Part shown: positions 38,018-46,753 of the stretch, in pieces
Layout of the letters: every line of letters starts with the position of its first letter
Numbering within the stretch: the stretch's first letter is position 1
Assembly: GCA_963840145.1 (NCBI GenBank)
Contig: CAWIXR010000001.1
Coordinates: forward strand, 42,327 to 106,326
Source: an uncultured Chloroflexia bacterium
Lineage (GTDB): Bacteria > Chloroflexota > Limnocylindria > QHBO01
Reading direction: 5' to 3'
Length of the DNA stretch: 64,000 nucleotides
Made by a program: the position numbers and the translations under genes
Notes under the pieces: model-generated
Seen by the model: the letters and a program-made list of their open reading frames with translations, nothing else
Database searches by the model: none
What the model was told of the DNA's origin: nothing

Positions 38018-38482
38018 CTATTCGAGCCGCAGCAGCCCCGCGCCCGTGGCGACGGTCTGGCCGGGGACGACCTCGACCTCGATGACGCGGCCGTCGCGCG
38101 GGGCGCGAACCTCGTTCTGCATCTTCATCGCCTCGATCGTGAGCAGTGGTTGGCCGTCGGTCACCTCGTCGCCGGCGGCCACCCCGACGGTAACGATCAG
38201 CCCGGGCAGGGTCGCGCGCACTTCGACCGGGCCGGAGTGGGTGCGCGCCTCGGTCTCGGCCTCGGCCAGGACCCGCTCCCGCCAGGAACGGACGGTGACG
38301 GGGATCCGACGGCCACGAAGAGTCACCGTCCAGTCAGTCCCCTGTCCTTCCACAAGGACAGGCAGCGAGCGCTCGCCGTCGGACAGGCGGGCCACGCCGT
38401 GGGCGCGGTCGATCCAGTCGAGCCGCCAGCCATCCGGCGTGGGAATTGGCTCACCGTCGACGCGAGTCTCGAGTTCGCTCAC
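38018..38482 (-). CDS. biotin carboxyl carrier / biotin-requiring subunit (separate gene)
   Basis: 154 aa. C-terminal biotinyl domain ends …[29 protein letters not shown]…. GTG start overlaps the TGA of the upstream biotin carboxylase (GTGA). Confidence 0.75.
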   Translation of the reverse strand: MSELETRVDGEPIPTPDGWRLDWIDRAHGVARLSDGERSLPVLVEGQGTDWTVTLRGRRIPVTVRSWRERVLAEAETEARTHSGPVEVRATLPGLIVTVGVAAGDEVTDGQPLLTIEAMKMQNEVRAPRDGRVIEVEVVPGQTVATGAGLLRLE

Positions 38483-39999
38483 TCGCGCAGTCCCTCGCGC
38501 CGGCCGAGCTCGCCCCAGGCCGAGCCGCGTTCCGGGACGGCGGCCCAACCGGATCGGGCGCTGGCGCGTCGCGCGGTCGTCGCCGCGACGGCCGACAACG
38601 CGCGATCCTCGTCGGTGAGCGATGGACCGTTCCCCCATCGGTCGGCGATGAGGCCGGTGTCGTAATCGCCGGCGACGAATGCCGCGTCGTCGACGAGCCA
38701 GCGCAGGAATCCGGCATCGGTCTGGAGCCCGCCGATCTGCGTCTCGTCGAGCGCTCGGCGCAGGCGGTCGATGGCGCTCGGCCGGTCGTCGGCGTGGACC
38801 ATCAGCTTGGCAAGCAGCGGGTCGTACTCGGGCCGCAGGTCCGTATCGCCCTCGATGCCCGCGTCGACGCGCACGCCCGGCCCCGACGGCATCACCCAGG
38901 CACCGATGCGTCCGGCGGTCGGTCGGAAGCCGTCGTACGGATCCTCGGCGTAGAGGCGGACCTCGATTGCGTGCCCGCGGCGCGGGGCATCCAGCACCTC
39001 GGGCGTCAGCCGCTCTCCTGCCGCGATGCGAATCTGCCACGCGACAAGGTCGAGTCCGGTGGTGAGCTCGGTGACGCCGTGCTCGACCTGGAGGCGAGTG
39101 TTCATCTCGAGGAAGTAGTGGCTGCCGTCGGCGACGAGGAACTCGACGGTGGCCGCGTTGTGGAACTCGACGGTTCCGGCGACGCGGCGCGCGGAGTCGA
39201 ACAGGGCCTCGCGCAGCGCGTTGTCCACCGCCGGTGACGGGGACTCCTCGACGAGCTTCTGGTGGCGGCGCTGGACGGAGCAGTCGCGCTCCCCGAGGAC
39301 GGCGAGGTTTCCGTGCCGGTCGCCGAGCAGCTGGACCTCGACGTGCCGGGCGGGGGCGACGAGGCGCTCGACGTAGATCGTGCCGTCGCCGAACGCCGCC
39401 TCGGCCTCTCGGCGCGCGGCCTCCATCGCCGGCCGCAGTTCTTCCGCTCCATCGACGCGGCGCATGCCTCGGCCGCCGCCGCCCGCCGCGGCCTTCAGCA
39501 TCACCGGATAGCCGATGTCGCCGACCGCGTCGACGTCGTCCTCCAGCGCGACCGTCGTGCCCGGAACGATCGGGACCCCCGCCTCGGCTGCCGACCGGCG
39601 CGCGGCCAGCTTGTTGCCGAGGGCCTCGAGGGCGGACGGCGGCGGGCCGACGAAGGCGATGCCCGCCGACTCGACTGCGCGCGCGAACGCCGCATCCTCG
39701 CTGAGGAACCCGTAGCCGGGATGGATCGCTTCGGCGCCACTCCGTTTCGCCGCCGCGATCACGGCGTCGACCGACAGGTACGAATCGCGCGCGGCGGGCG
39801 GGCCGATCCGCTCCGACCGGTCCGCCAGCCGGACGTGCAGCGCGTCGGCATCGGCGTCGGAATGAATCGCGATCGGCGAGATGCCCAGCTCCCGGCACGC
39901 GCGAATCACGCGGATCGCGATCTCGCCACGGTTCGCGATCAGCAGCCGCCCAAACGGCGGTCCTGCGGTGTCCGTGCGCAAAGACGCCGGGTCGCTCAA
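38479..39999 (-). CDS. accC: biotin carboxylase (acyl-CoA carboxylase alpha, BC domain only)
   Basis: …RLLIANRGEIAIRVIRACRELGI…, ATP-grasp motifs, …LEMNTRLQVEHGVTE… TTG start overlaps the pccB TGA. The track ORF's extra N-terminus is pccB in the wrong frame. Confidence 0.9.
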   Translation of the reverse strand: MSDPASLRTDTAGPPFGRLLIANRGEIAIRVIRACRELGISPIAIHSDADADALHVRLADRSERIGPPAARDSYLSVDAVIAAAKRSGAEAIHPGYGFLSEDAAFARAVESAGIAFVGPPPSALEALGNKLAARRSAAEAGVPIVPGTTVALEDDVDAVGDIGYPVMLKAAAGGGGRGMRRVDGAEELRPAMEAARREAEAAFGDGTIYVERLVAPARHVEVQLLGDRHGNLAVLGERDCSVQRRHQKLVEESPSPAVDNALREALFDSARRVAGTVEFHNAATVEFLVADGSHYFLEMNTRLQVEHGVTELTTGLDLVAWQIRIAAGERLTPEVLDAPRRGHAIEVRLYAEDPYDGFRPTAGRIGAWVMPSGPGVRVDAGIEGDTDLRPEYDPLLAKLMVHADDRPSAIDRLRRALDETQIGGLQTDAGFLRWLVDDAAFVAGDYDTGLIADRWGNGPSLTDEDRALSAVAATTARRASARSGWAAVPERGSAWGELGRREGLRE

Positions 40000-41546
40000 A
40001 GCGGGATGTTGCCGTGCTTCTTCGGCGGCAGCGACTGGCGCTTGTTCTCCAGCATCGCCAGCGCACCGACAACTCGCGCGCGCGACTCGGACGGCTGGAT
40101 GACTTCGTCGACGTAGCCGCGCGCCGCGGCGATGTACGGATTCGCGAATCGTTCCTCGTACTCGGCGACGAGACGGGCGCGTTCCGCATCGGCGTCCTCG
40201 GCCTCGGCGATTCGGTCGCGGAAGATGATGTTCACCGCACCCTCGACGCCCATCACCGCGATCTCGGCCGTCGGCCAGGCAAAGTTCATGTCGCCGCGCA
40301 CATGCTTGCTGCTCATGACGTCGTACGCGCCGCCATACGCCTTGCGCGTGATGATCGTGACCTTTGGGACCGTCGCCTCGCAATAGGCGTACAGCAGCTT
40401 CGCGCCGTGCCGGATGATGCCGCGATGCTCCTGGTCGACGCCGGGCAGGAAGCCTGGCACGTCGACGAGTGTCAGCAGCGGCACGTTGAACGCGTCGCAG
40501 GTGCGAACGAATCGCGCGGCCTTGTCGGACGCGTCGATGTCGAGAACCCCGGCAAGCACCTCCGGCTGCTGCGCGACGATGCCCACGCTGCGGCCCTCGA
40601 TCCGCGCGAAGCCGCAGACGATGTTTCGCGCGAAGTGCTCATGGACTTCGGTGAACGAACCGCGGTCGACGATCCCGGCGATGACCGAGTGCATGTCGTA
40701 CGACTGCTTGGCGGAATCGGGGATCAACGCGTCGAGCGAGGCACCGTCATTCGATGGCGCCTCCCACTCCGCCCGCCGTGGCGTCAGGTCGACGTTGTTC
40801 TGCGGCAGGTAGCCGATCAACGTTCGCGCCAGCTCGAGCGCCTGCGGCTCACCCGGCGCGAGAAAGTGCGCGACGCCGCTTGACTCGTTGTGGACTCGCG
40901 CGCCGCCGAGCCCCTCGAAGTCGATCTCCTCGTGCGTCACCGTCTTCACCACGTTCGGCCCGGTGACGAACATGTAGCTCGTTCCCTCGACCATGACGAC
41001 GAGATCGGTGATGGCCGGCGAGTAGACCGCGCCGCCAGCGCATGGCCCCATCACCAGTGACAGCTGCGGTACGACACCGGACGCCAGGGTGTTGCGCAGG
41101 AAGATGTCGGCATAGCCGCCGAGGCTGACGACACCTTCCTGGATGCGCGCACCTCCGGAGTCGGAGAGGCCGATGATCGGCGCGCCGTTCTCCATCGCCA
41201 GGTCCATGACCTTGCAGATCTTCTCGGCGTGCGCCTCGGACAGCGAGCCGCCGAACACGGTGAAGTCCTGGCTGTACACAAAGACGAGCCGATCGTCGAT
41301 GCGACCGTAGCCGGTGACGACGCCGTCACCGAGATAGCGTTCCTCGTCGAGCCCGAACTCGCTGGCGCGATGCGTCACGAACGCATCGATTTCGGTGAAG
41401 CTGTCCTCGTCGAGCAGGAGGTCGAGCCGTTCGCGCGCCGAGAGCTTGCCGCGCGCGTGCTGCTGGTCGAGCCGTTTCGCTCCCCCACCCTGTCGCGCCT
41501 CCGTGCGCAATGTCGCCAGTCGCTGCAGCTTGTCGGCCGTCGACAC
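39996..41546 (-). CDS. pccB: propionyl-CoA carboxylase beta subunit / methylmalonyl-CoA carboxyltransferase
   Basis: Carboxyltransferase N- and C-halves (…GGARIQEG…, …RKAYGGAYDVM…). Start taken at the GTG preceded by AAGGAG. The track ORF's N-terminus (…VAQWLEQPAHNRTVAGSIPAG…) is actually a translated tRNA gene. Confidence 0.92.
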   Translation of the reverse strand: MSTADKLQRLATLRTEARQGGGAKRLDQQHARGKLSARERLDLLLDEDSFTEIDAFVTHRASEFGLDEERYLGDGVVTGYGRIDDRLVFVYSQDFTVFGGSLSEAHAEKICKVMDLAMENGAPIIGLSDSGGARIQEGVVSLGGYADIFLRNTLASGVVPQLSLVMGPCAGGAVYSPAITDLVVMVEGTSYMFVTGPNVVKTVTHEEIDFEGLGGARVHNESSGVAHFLAPGEPQALELARTLIGYLPQNNVDLTPRRAEWEAPSNDGASLDALIPDSAKQSYDMHSVIAGIVDRGSFTEVHEHFARNIVCGFARIEGRSVGIVAQQPEVLAGVLDIDASDKAARFVRTCDAFNVPLLTLVDVPGFLPGVDQEHRGIIRHGAKLLYAYCEATVPKVTIITRKAYGGAYDVMSSKHVRGDMNFAWPTAEIAVMGVEGAVNIIFRDRIAEAEDADAERARLVAEYEERFANPYIAAARGYVDEVIQPSESRARVVGALAMLENKRQSLPPKKHGNIPL

Positions 41547-41575
41547 GCAAGCACTCCTTCGCGTGATCGGTGGTG

Positions 41576-41648
41576 TGGGCCCGGCAGGAATCGAACCTGC
41601 GACCGTCCGGTTATGAGCCGGTTGCTCTAACCATTGAGCTACGGGCCC
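41576..41648 (-). tRNA. tRNA-Met (anticodon CAT); elongator-like, although an Ile-lysidine tRNA cannot be excluded
   Basis: Reverse complement: GGGCCCGUAGCUCAAUGGUUAGAGCAACCGGCUCAUAACCGGACGGUCGCAGGUUCGAUUCCUGCCGGGCCCA. G1-C72 is paired, so it is not an initiator. The 3' CCA is not encoded in register. Confidence 0.85.
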
Positions 41649-41720
41649 GCGAGCAAGACGGTGGACAAGTCCGAGTATAGACGGATGTCTTTGCACAACG
41701 ACATCGACATTTCTCCACGT

Positions 41721-41729
41721 TGTGGATAA
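41721..41729 (-). promoter_or_regulatory. Perfect DnaA box (TTATCCACA on the minus strand), 80 bp upstream of parA
   Basis: Read directly on the plus strand as tgtggataa. Confidence 0.4.
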
Positions 41730-41807
41730 CCCGGATGCCCGTTTCGGGGTCGAGCGCCTATCATCGGTTTCGTTCCTCCCGCCCCTGTCGCACGGAAGGT
41801 GTTGCGT

Positions 41808-42574
41808 TGACCAAGGTCATATCGATCGCGAATCAGAAGGGCGGTGTGGGCAAGACCACCTGCTCCATCAACCTGGGCGGCGCATTGGCGGAACGCGGTT
41901 ACCGCGTCCTCTGCGTCGACATGGATCCGCAGGCAAATCTCACCGTCGGCCTGGGCGTTTCCCTCTCGGACGTGCGCGTGTCGATGGCCGACGTCCTCTC
42001 CGACGATCGCGTTGGTCTTGACGAGATCGTCCGCGAGACCGAGACGCAGGGTCTGTGGGTCGCACCCGCAACGCTCGAGCTCGCGTCGACCGAGGTCGAG
42101 CTGTTCACCGCCATCGGCCGCGAGATGGTGCTTCGCGACGCGCTGGACGGCTGGGCGGACCGCCAATTCGACGTCGTCATCATCGACTGCCCGCCGACGC
42201 TCGGTCTGCTGACCATCAACTCGCTGGTGGCGTCGAACCGCGTGATCATCCCGGTGCAGACGCAGTACTACGCGATCAAGGGCCTGACCGCGCTCATCAA
42301 GGTCATCAACACGATCAAGATCAAGCTGAACCACGACCTCGAGGTGCTCGGCCTGCTGCCGACCTTCTTCGACGGCCGCACGGTGCTCGCCCGCGAGATG
42401 CTCGCCAACCTCAAGCAGCTCGGCGATCACCGGGTCTTCAACACGATGATCAAGCAGACGGTGAAGCTCGGCGAGGCGCCGCTCACCGGCAAGCCGGTCA
42501 CCGAGTACGCGACGAACTCATCGGCCGCCCGCGCATTCCGTGACCTGGCACAGGAGGTGATCGAGCTTGGGTAG
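41808..42574 (+). CDS. parA: chromosome partitioning ATPase ParA/Soj
   Basis: Starts at the TTG after GGAAGGTG; KGGVGKTT deviant Walker A. Confidence 0.9.
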
Positions 42575-43565
42575 CAAGGGTCCCGCATTCCGGGAGAACA
42601 TCCACCGACTCTTCGACGAGGCCCAGGCGACCGACCTCGCCCCGGGCATCGTGTCGCTCATCGAGTCACGCGGCACACACGCGCAGATCCGCGAGGTGCC
42701 GGTCAGCAAGATCCTGCCGAACCCGGCGCAGCCGCGGCTCTCCTACGACGAGGAATCGCTGACCGAGCTGGCCGACTCGATCAGAGAGCACGGCGTTCTC
42801 CAGCCGATCCTCGTGCGGCCCAGCGGCTCGAAGTTCGAGCTCATCGCCGGGGAGCGGCGCTGGCGCGCGTCGACAATGGCCGAGCGCGAGACGATCCCCG
42901 CAATCGTCGCCGAGTTCGACGACCAGACCGCGCTCGAGGTCAGCATCATCGAGAACCTCCAGCGCGAGGACGTCTCGCCGCTCGAGGAGGCGGTGATGTT
43001 CCGCAAGATGACCGAGACATTCGGCTATTCGCTGCGCCAGCTGGCGCAGAAGGTCGGCAAGGACAAGGGGTACATCGAGAACCGGCTGCGCCTTACCGAT
43101 GCGCCTGCCGACGTCCGCGAGCTCGTGTCCGTGCGCAAGGACACGATCAGCCACGCCTACGAGCTGATGAAGATCGGCGACGAGCGAAAGCGTCGACGGC
43201 TCGAGAAGCGGATCATCGCCGGCGAACTGTCGCTGGCCAAGCTACGGCTGATCACCGGCACGACCGGCCATCCCGAGGAAGAGAACGGTCACGCCGAGCA
43301 CAAGCCGCGACGACGGGCGAAGACCGCGGCCGGGCGCGCGGCCGAGGTGCGGGCCGCGGACGATGCGCTGATGGGCGCTCGCTCGAAGCTCGCCGAGGGC
43401 ATCGATGACCTCGTCGACATCCTCCGCCAGCCGGAGCTCATGGAGCAGATTCCCGAGGTCAACCGGGCGAACTTCGCGAAGCACCTCACGATCACGAAGC
43501 TCAAGATCGAGAACGCGATCGCGATCATCCGCGCCGGGACGCCCGCATCAGCCGAGGGCGAGTGA
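42567..43565 (+). CDS. parB: chromosome partitioning protein ParB/Spo0J
   Basis: ParB N-terminal domain (…LQPILVRPSGSKFELIAGERRWRAS…) and HTH region. Start overlaps the parA stop. Confidence 0.9.
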   Translation: MGSKGPAFRENIHRLFDEAQATDLAPGIVSLIESRGTHAQIREVPVSKILPNPAQPRLSYDEESLTELADSIREHGVLQPILVRPSGSKFELIAGERRWRASTMAERETIPAIVAEFDDQTALEVSIIENLQREDVSPLEEAVMFRKMTETFGYSLRQLAQKVGKDKGYIENRLRLTDAPADVRELVSVRKDTISHAYELMKIGDERKRRRLEKRIIAGELSLAKLRLITGTTGHPEEENGHAEHKPRRRAKTAAGRAAEVRAADDALMGARSKLAEGIDDLVDILRQPELMEQIPEVNRANFAKHLTITKLKIENAIAIIRAGTPASAEGE

Positions 43566-43578
43566 CCGGCCCCGCCGG

Positions 43579-43935
43579 TCAGGCGACGTAACTCATCACC
43601 TCGCGGTTCGCGACGAGAAAGTCGATCAGCTTCTCCTGCGCCCTCGGATCGATGCGGCGCAGGCCGGCGATCGCCTTCGGCAGCTCGAAGATCGGTGCCG
43701 CCAGGTTCCCGGCGGTGTCGATCCCGACGACGTGGTCCGGTCCCCCGCCGACGAGGAAGGCGCGCTGGAATCCGCGCTCGTCGAGCCCGGTCGCCCGGCG
43801 GAACGAGGCGATCGCGGTCCCGACACCCAGGCGCTTGGCGTAGTCCATGAACAGGTCTGCCGCCCAGGCATCGACCTGGGTGGCATCCTGGGCGGTCACC
43901 ATCTCGCGGTAGCTGGACTCGTCGACCTCGCTCAT
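43579..43935 (-). CDS. hypothetical protein (118 aa)
   Basis: Track ORF with high GC3 and a non-junk amino-acid composition. No recognisable family. Confidence 0.5.
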   Translation of the reverse strand: MSEVDESSYREMVTAQDATQVDAWAADLFMDYAKRLGVGTAIASFRRATGLDERGFQRAFLVGGGPDHVVGIDTAGNLAAPIFELPKAIAGLRRIDPRAQEKLIDFLVANREVMSYVA

Positions 43936-44013
43936 CGCGACCGATTCTAGCGAGCAGCGGACGCGCCGCGGGAGGCCGCGCGACCGCCCGGCGCTGCGTT
44001 ATCCTCGCCGCGG

Positions 44014-44583
44014 ATGATGGACCAGCGTACGGACCCGCGGACCGACGACACGCTCGTCTTCGAGTTGCTCCGCACCGAGCGCGGGGCGTCCCGCCCAGAG
44101 GTCGTCGGCCGCGCGGTCTTCCGCGGCGGGCAGTCGACCGTCGAGGCCGATGAGGCCGTCAAGGTCGCCGTCGAGGAGCAGCTCGAGCGGGCCTTCGTCG
44201 ACCGCGTCCGGGCCGACGAGCGTCCGCGCGGGTATCGGCGCACCGGCAGCGGCATCGTCGACCTGCTCGTGCCCGGGATGCCGGAGCACTTCATCGCCCG
44301 GATGCGTGGGCTCTGGCTCAGCTACCCCGACGGGTCGGTCATCACCGCCCGCAGCGCGACCGCCGGCGCCTCCACCGCCGTGGCCCTGCCAGAGTCGACG
44401 GACGTCGGCCCGCCGGTGACAGATGCCCGCACCCGCCGGGCGACGCTCGGCGCGGCCGACAGGACTCTCGGTACCCGGCCGCTGGTCCTCAGCCACCCAC
44501 CGGAGACCGGGATCCGGCCCTCGGGTGAGGCCACCATCGGCGTCGCCCCCGTAAGCCGGACCGACTGCGGCTGGCTGGTCTGA
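44014..44583 (+). CDS. hypothetical protein (189 aa)
   Basis: Track ORF with high GC3. No recognisable family. Confidence 0.5.
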   Translation: MMDQRTDPRTDDTLVFELLRTERGASRPEVVGRAVFRGGQSTVEADEAVKVAVEEQLERAFVDRVRADERPRGYRRTGSGIVDLLVPGMPEHFIARMRGLWLSYPDGSVITARSATAGASTAVALPESTDVGPPVTDARTRRATLGAADRTLGTRPLVLSHPPETGIRPSGEATIGVAPVSRTDCGWLV

Positions 44584-44602
44584 GCATGGGTATCATCGGG
44601 TC

Positions 44603-44812
44603 ATGAATCTTCTGGCGCGGCTGGCAATCCCGGTCCTCATCCTGATCACCGCGGTCGTGTACTGGTTCCTGAGCTACGAGGTGGCTGGCACGGTGCTGCT
44701 CCTCATCTTCTCGATCGCCATGGGGGTGATGATCTGGGTGCTCGGACCGACCTTCAACGACGTCGGCCCGACCGCCCCCGTTGACCCCGACTGGCACGAG
44801 CGACGCGGGTGA
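44603..44812 (+). CDS. small two-TM membrane protein (69 aa)
   Basis: Two hydrophobic helices (LAIPVLILITAVVYWFL; VLLLIFSIAMGVMIWVL). High GC3. Confidence 0.5.
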   Translation: MNLLARLAIPVLILITAVVYWFLSYEVAGTVLLLIFSIAMGVMIWVLGPTFNDVGPTAPVDPDWHERRG

Positions 44813-44836
44813 CGACGGTCCGGCGGGCACGGAAAG

Positions 44837-44888
44837 GCCGGACACTGCGGCTGCCCTGGCGGCGTGAGCCGCCAACGCAGTGTCCGGC
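44837..44888 (+). terminator. Long bipartite hairpin: 13-bp perfect outer stem (GCCGGACACUGCG…CGCAGUGUCCGGC) enclosing an inner GGCGGC-GUGA-GCCGCC stem-loop. No U-tract follows.
   Basis: Read directly. Lies between the small membrane protein gene and the MOSC gene. Confidence 0.3.
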
Positions 44889-44981
44889 ACAAAGGTACTA
44901 ACGGAGGATGGGCCATAGCGTTAGTCCTGCCTCGACGATTGGCGGGCGACCGGGCCCATCGGATCAGCTGGAGGGCTGGAG

Positions 44982-45422
44982 ATGACGGTCGTCGCCATTC
45001 ACCTCGGCGCCGAGCACGGCGCGCCGGTCGAGCCGGTGCCATCGGTCCGGGCCCGGGCGGGCATGGGCCTCGAGGGCGACCGGCACTTCTTCCCCGATGG
45101 CGACGCGGAGCCCGGTGAGGCGCTGACCCTGGTCGAGGAGGAGGTCGTCGGCGAGGTCGGCCTGCCGCAGGGCGGCACCCGCCGCCAGGTCACCGTCCGT
45201 GGCGTGCGCCTGAACGAGCTCGTCGGCCGCCGCTTCCGGGTCGGCGAGGTCGAGTGCTACGGCGTCAAGATCTGCGAGCCGTGCCTGACCCTCGAGCGGA
45301 ACACCCGCCCAGGGATCATCAAGGACCTCGTGCACCGAGCCGGCATCAACGCCGACATCCTCAACGACGGGGCGATCTCCGTCGGCGACGAGATCATCAC
45401 GCTCGACTCTTCTGGCCGATGA
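44982..45422 (+). CDS. MOSC domain-containing protein
   Basis: 146 aa; …GLEGDRHF…, …CYGVKICEPC… are typical of MOSC beta-barrel proteins. Confidence 0.8.
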   Translation: MTVVAIHLGAEHGAPVEPVPSVRARAGMGLEGDRHFFPDGDAEPGEALTLVEEEVVGEVGLPQGGTRRQVTVRGVRLNELVGRRFRVGEVECYGVKICEPCLTLERNTRPGIIKDLVHRAGINADILNDGAISVGDEIITLDSSGR

Positions 45423-45771
45423 CGACCTCGTTGCCGTCGGGATCCAGCACCCGCGCCGTGCGTTCGCCCCACGGCTGCTCCGCGGGCTCCTCGGTGATCG
45501 CCCCGCCGGCCACCCGGATGCGCTCGACGAGGGCGTCGCAGTCATCGGCGTAGACCCAGAGGCTCACGGCGCGCGGCCGCGCGACGTCCACGAGGCCCGC
45601 GTCGAGGGCGATCCCGAGGTGCGAGGCGCCGAGGTCGACGCCGACGTAGACGGGCGCGCCGTCGTCACCGGGGAATGAGAACGTCAGCGTTCCGCCGAGC
45701 AGGTCGCGGTAGAAGCCAAGCGCCCGCTCGAGGTCTCGGGTGGCGACGATCGGGAAGAGCTCGCTGATCAC
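45397..45771 (-). CDS. VOC family protein (glyoxalase / bleomycin-resistance fold)
   Basis: 124 aa. 3' end overlaps the convergent MOSC gene by about 26 nt. Confidence 0.75.
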   Translation of the reverse strand: MISELFPIVATRDLERALGFYRDLLGGTLTFSFPGDDGAPVYVGVDLGASHLGIALDAGLVDVARPRAVSLWVYADDCDALVERIRVAGGAITEEPAEQPWGERTARVLDPDGNEVVIGQKSRA

Positions 45772-46280
45772 GGTCCGTCGAAGCGGAACCGCGTCGGGTC
45801 CCGGGTGATGTCCGTCCAGGCGATGACCTTGCGGAGCCGGATGGCGATCGCCCCGTTGCGCCGGTAGAAGGCGGCCGTCATGCCGTACTCGGGGAACTTC
45901 GCGTTCGACGCGGCAGCCAGCCGCTCGCCGAGCGCGGTGTCCACGGAGCCGAGGACCTCGGCATCGCCCTCGATCAGCACGACGTCATCGGTGCCGTCGA
46001 GGTGGATCGAGACCGCGGGATTGGCCTTCACGTCGTGGACCCAGCGCGTCTCGCCGCTGCCGCCGACAAAGATCGCCCCGTCGAGATAGAGCCCGTCGAT
46101 CGGGCGGACGCGGGGCCGCCCATCGGCGCCGACCGCCGTCAGCCAGTAGACGCGGTCGGTCGCGAGGCGCTCCTCGACGTGGCTCCACTCGACGAACGCG
46201 GTCGCGCGGCTCATGCCGTAGGAGCCGGGAATCCCCGGGCGGTCGACGCGTGGCGCCGCGAGCGATGGAGTGTCGGTCAT
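45768..46280 (-). CDS. pyridoxamine 5'-phosphate oxidase-like FMN-binding protein
   Basis: 170 aa; PPOX-like split-barrel signature (…VYWLTAVGADGRPRVRPI…). Confidence 0.7.
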   Translation of the reverse strand: MTDTPSLAAPRVDRPGIPGSYGMSRATAFVEWSHVEERLATDRVYWLTAVGADGRPRVRPIDGLYLDGAIFVGGSGETRWVHDVKANPAVSIHLDGTDDVVLIEGDAEVLGSVDTALGERLAAASNAKFPEYGMTAAFYRRNGAIAIRLRKVIAWTDITRDPTRFRFDGP

Positions 46281-46308
46281 CAGTCAATCTCGCCGGGTTC
46301 GGCGAAGG

Positions 46309-46384
46309 TGGCTCCGGCGGTAGGACTCGAACCTACGACCAAGTGATTAACAGTCACCCGCTCTACCAACTGAGCTACGCCGGA
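46309..46384 (-). tRNA. tRNA-Asn (anticodon GTT)
   Basis: Reverse complement: UCCGGCGUAGCUCAGUUGGUAGAGCGGGUGACUGUUAAUCACUUGGUCGUAGGUUCGAGUCCUACCGCCGGAGCCA. CCA is encoded. Confidence 0.9.
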
Positions 46385-46753
46385 ACGCGCGCGAACCGAC
46401 GATCAGGCGTGACCGTGGGTCGGCCGGCCGATGATACCGTCGCCTCCGAGGACCGGTCAAAACGGAGAATGTCCCGTGGTGCCCTCGCGCACTCGCGTCT
46501 GAGTCCTATTGACGCGCGTCCTGTATCGGTTCAACAATTACTGGTCCATAAAGGCTAGGGACTTCCGACCCGAACGTCCCATGATTCCTCTGATCCGAGA
46601 CGGAGGAGAAGAGCCTAGCTGCCGGCTCGCGGCGGGTTCTCTCATCGATCTCAGTGCCACTGTCCGTGCCCATTCGCGGTGCCACACCGCCGGGGTGTCA
46701 ACCGGCAGGTTGGAGCGGCTGTCGCTCCGTGCAACGCGAAGGGGGGTGATGGG

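Noticed and set aside
38018-40383. Possibility that biotin carboxylase and BCCP are one frameshifted fused alpha-subunit gene (the two track ORFs overlap heavily).
   Set aside because: The BC frame ends with TGA exactly overlapping a GTG that opens the BCCP frame (GTGA at 38479-38482). This is the same coupling device used throughout the window, so they are read as two genes.
41649-41807. Considered whether the DnaA box next to parA marks oriC.
   Set aside because: Only one perfect box and one weak box are present. There is no AT-rich unwinding element and no dnaA/dnaN/rpmH/rsmG nearby. A parA promoter-associated box is more likely.
46309-46753. Considered whether tRNA-Asn marks an integrated mobile element (integrase/att sites) preceding the TCS and giant gene.
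   Set aside because: No integrase, recombinase or direct repeat of the tRNA 3' end is visible. Downstream GC content and codon usage look like the rest of the window. Only an AT-richer spacer is noted.
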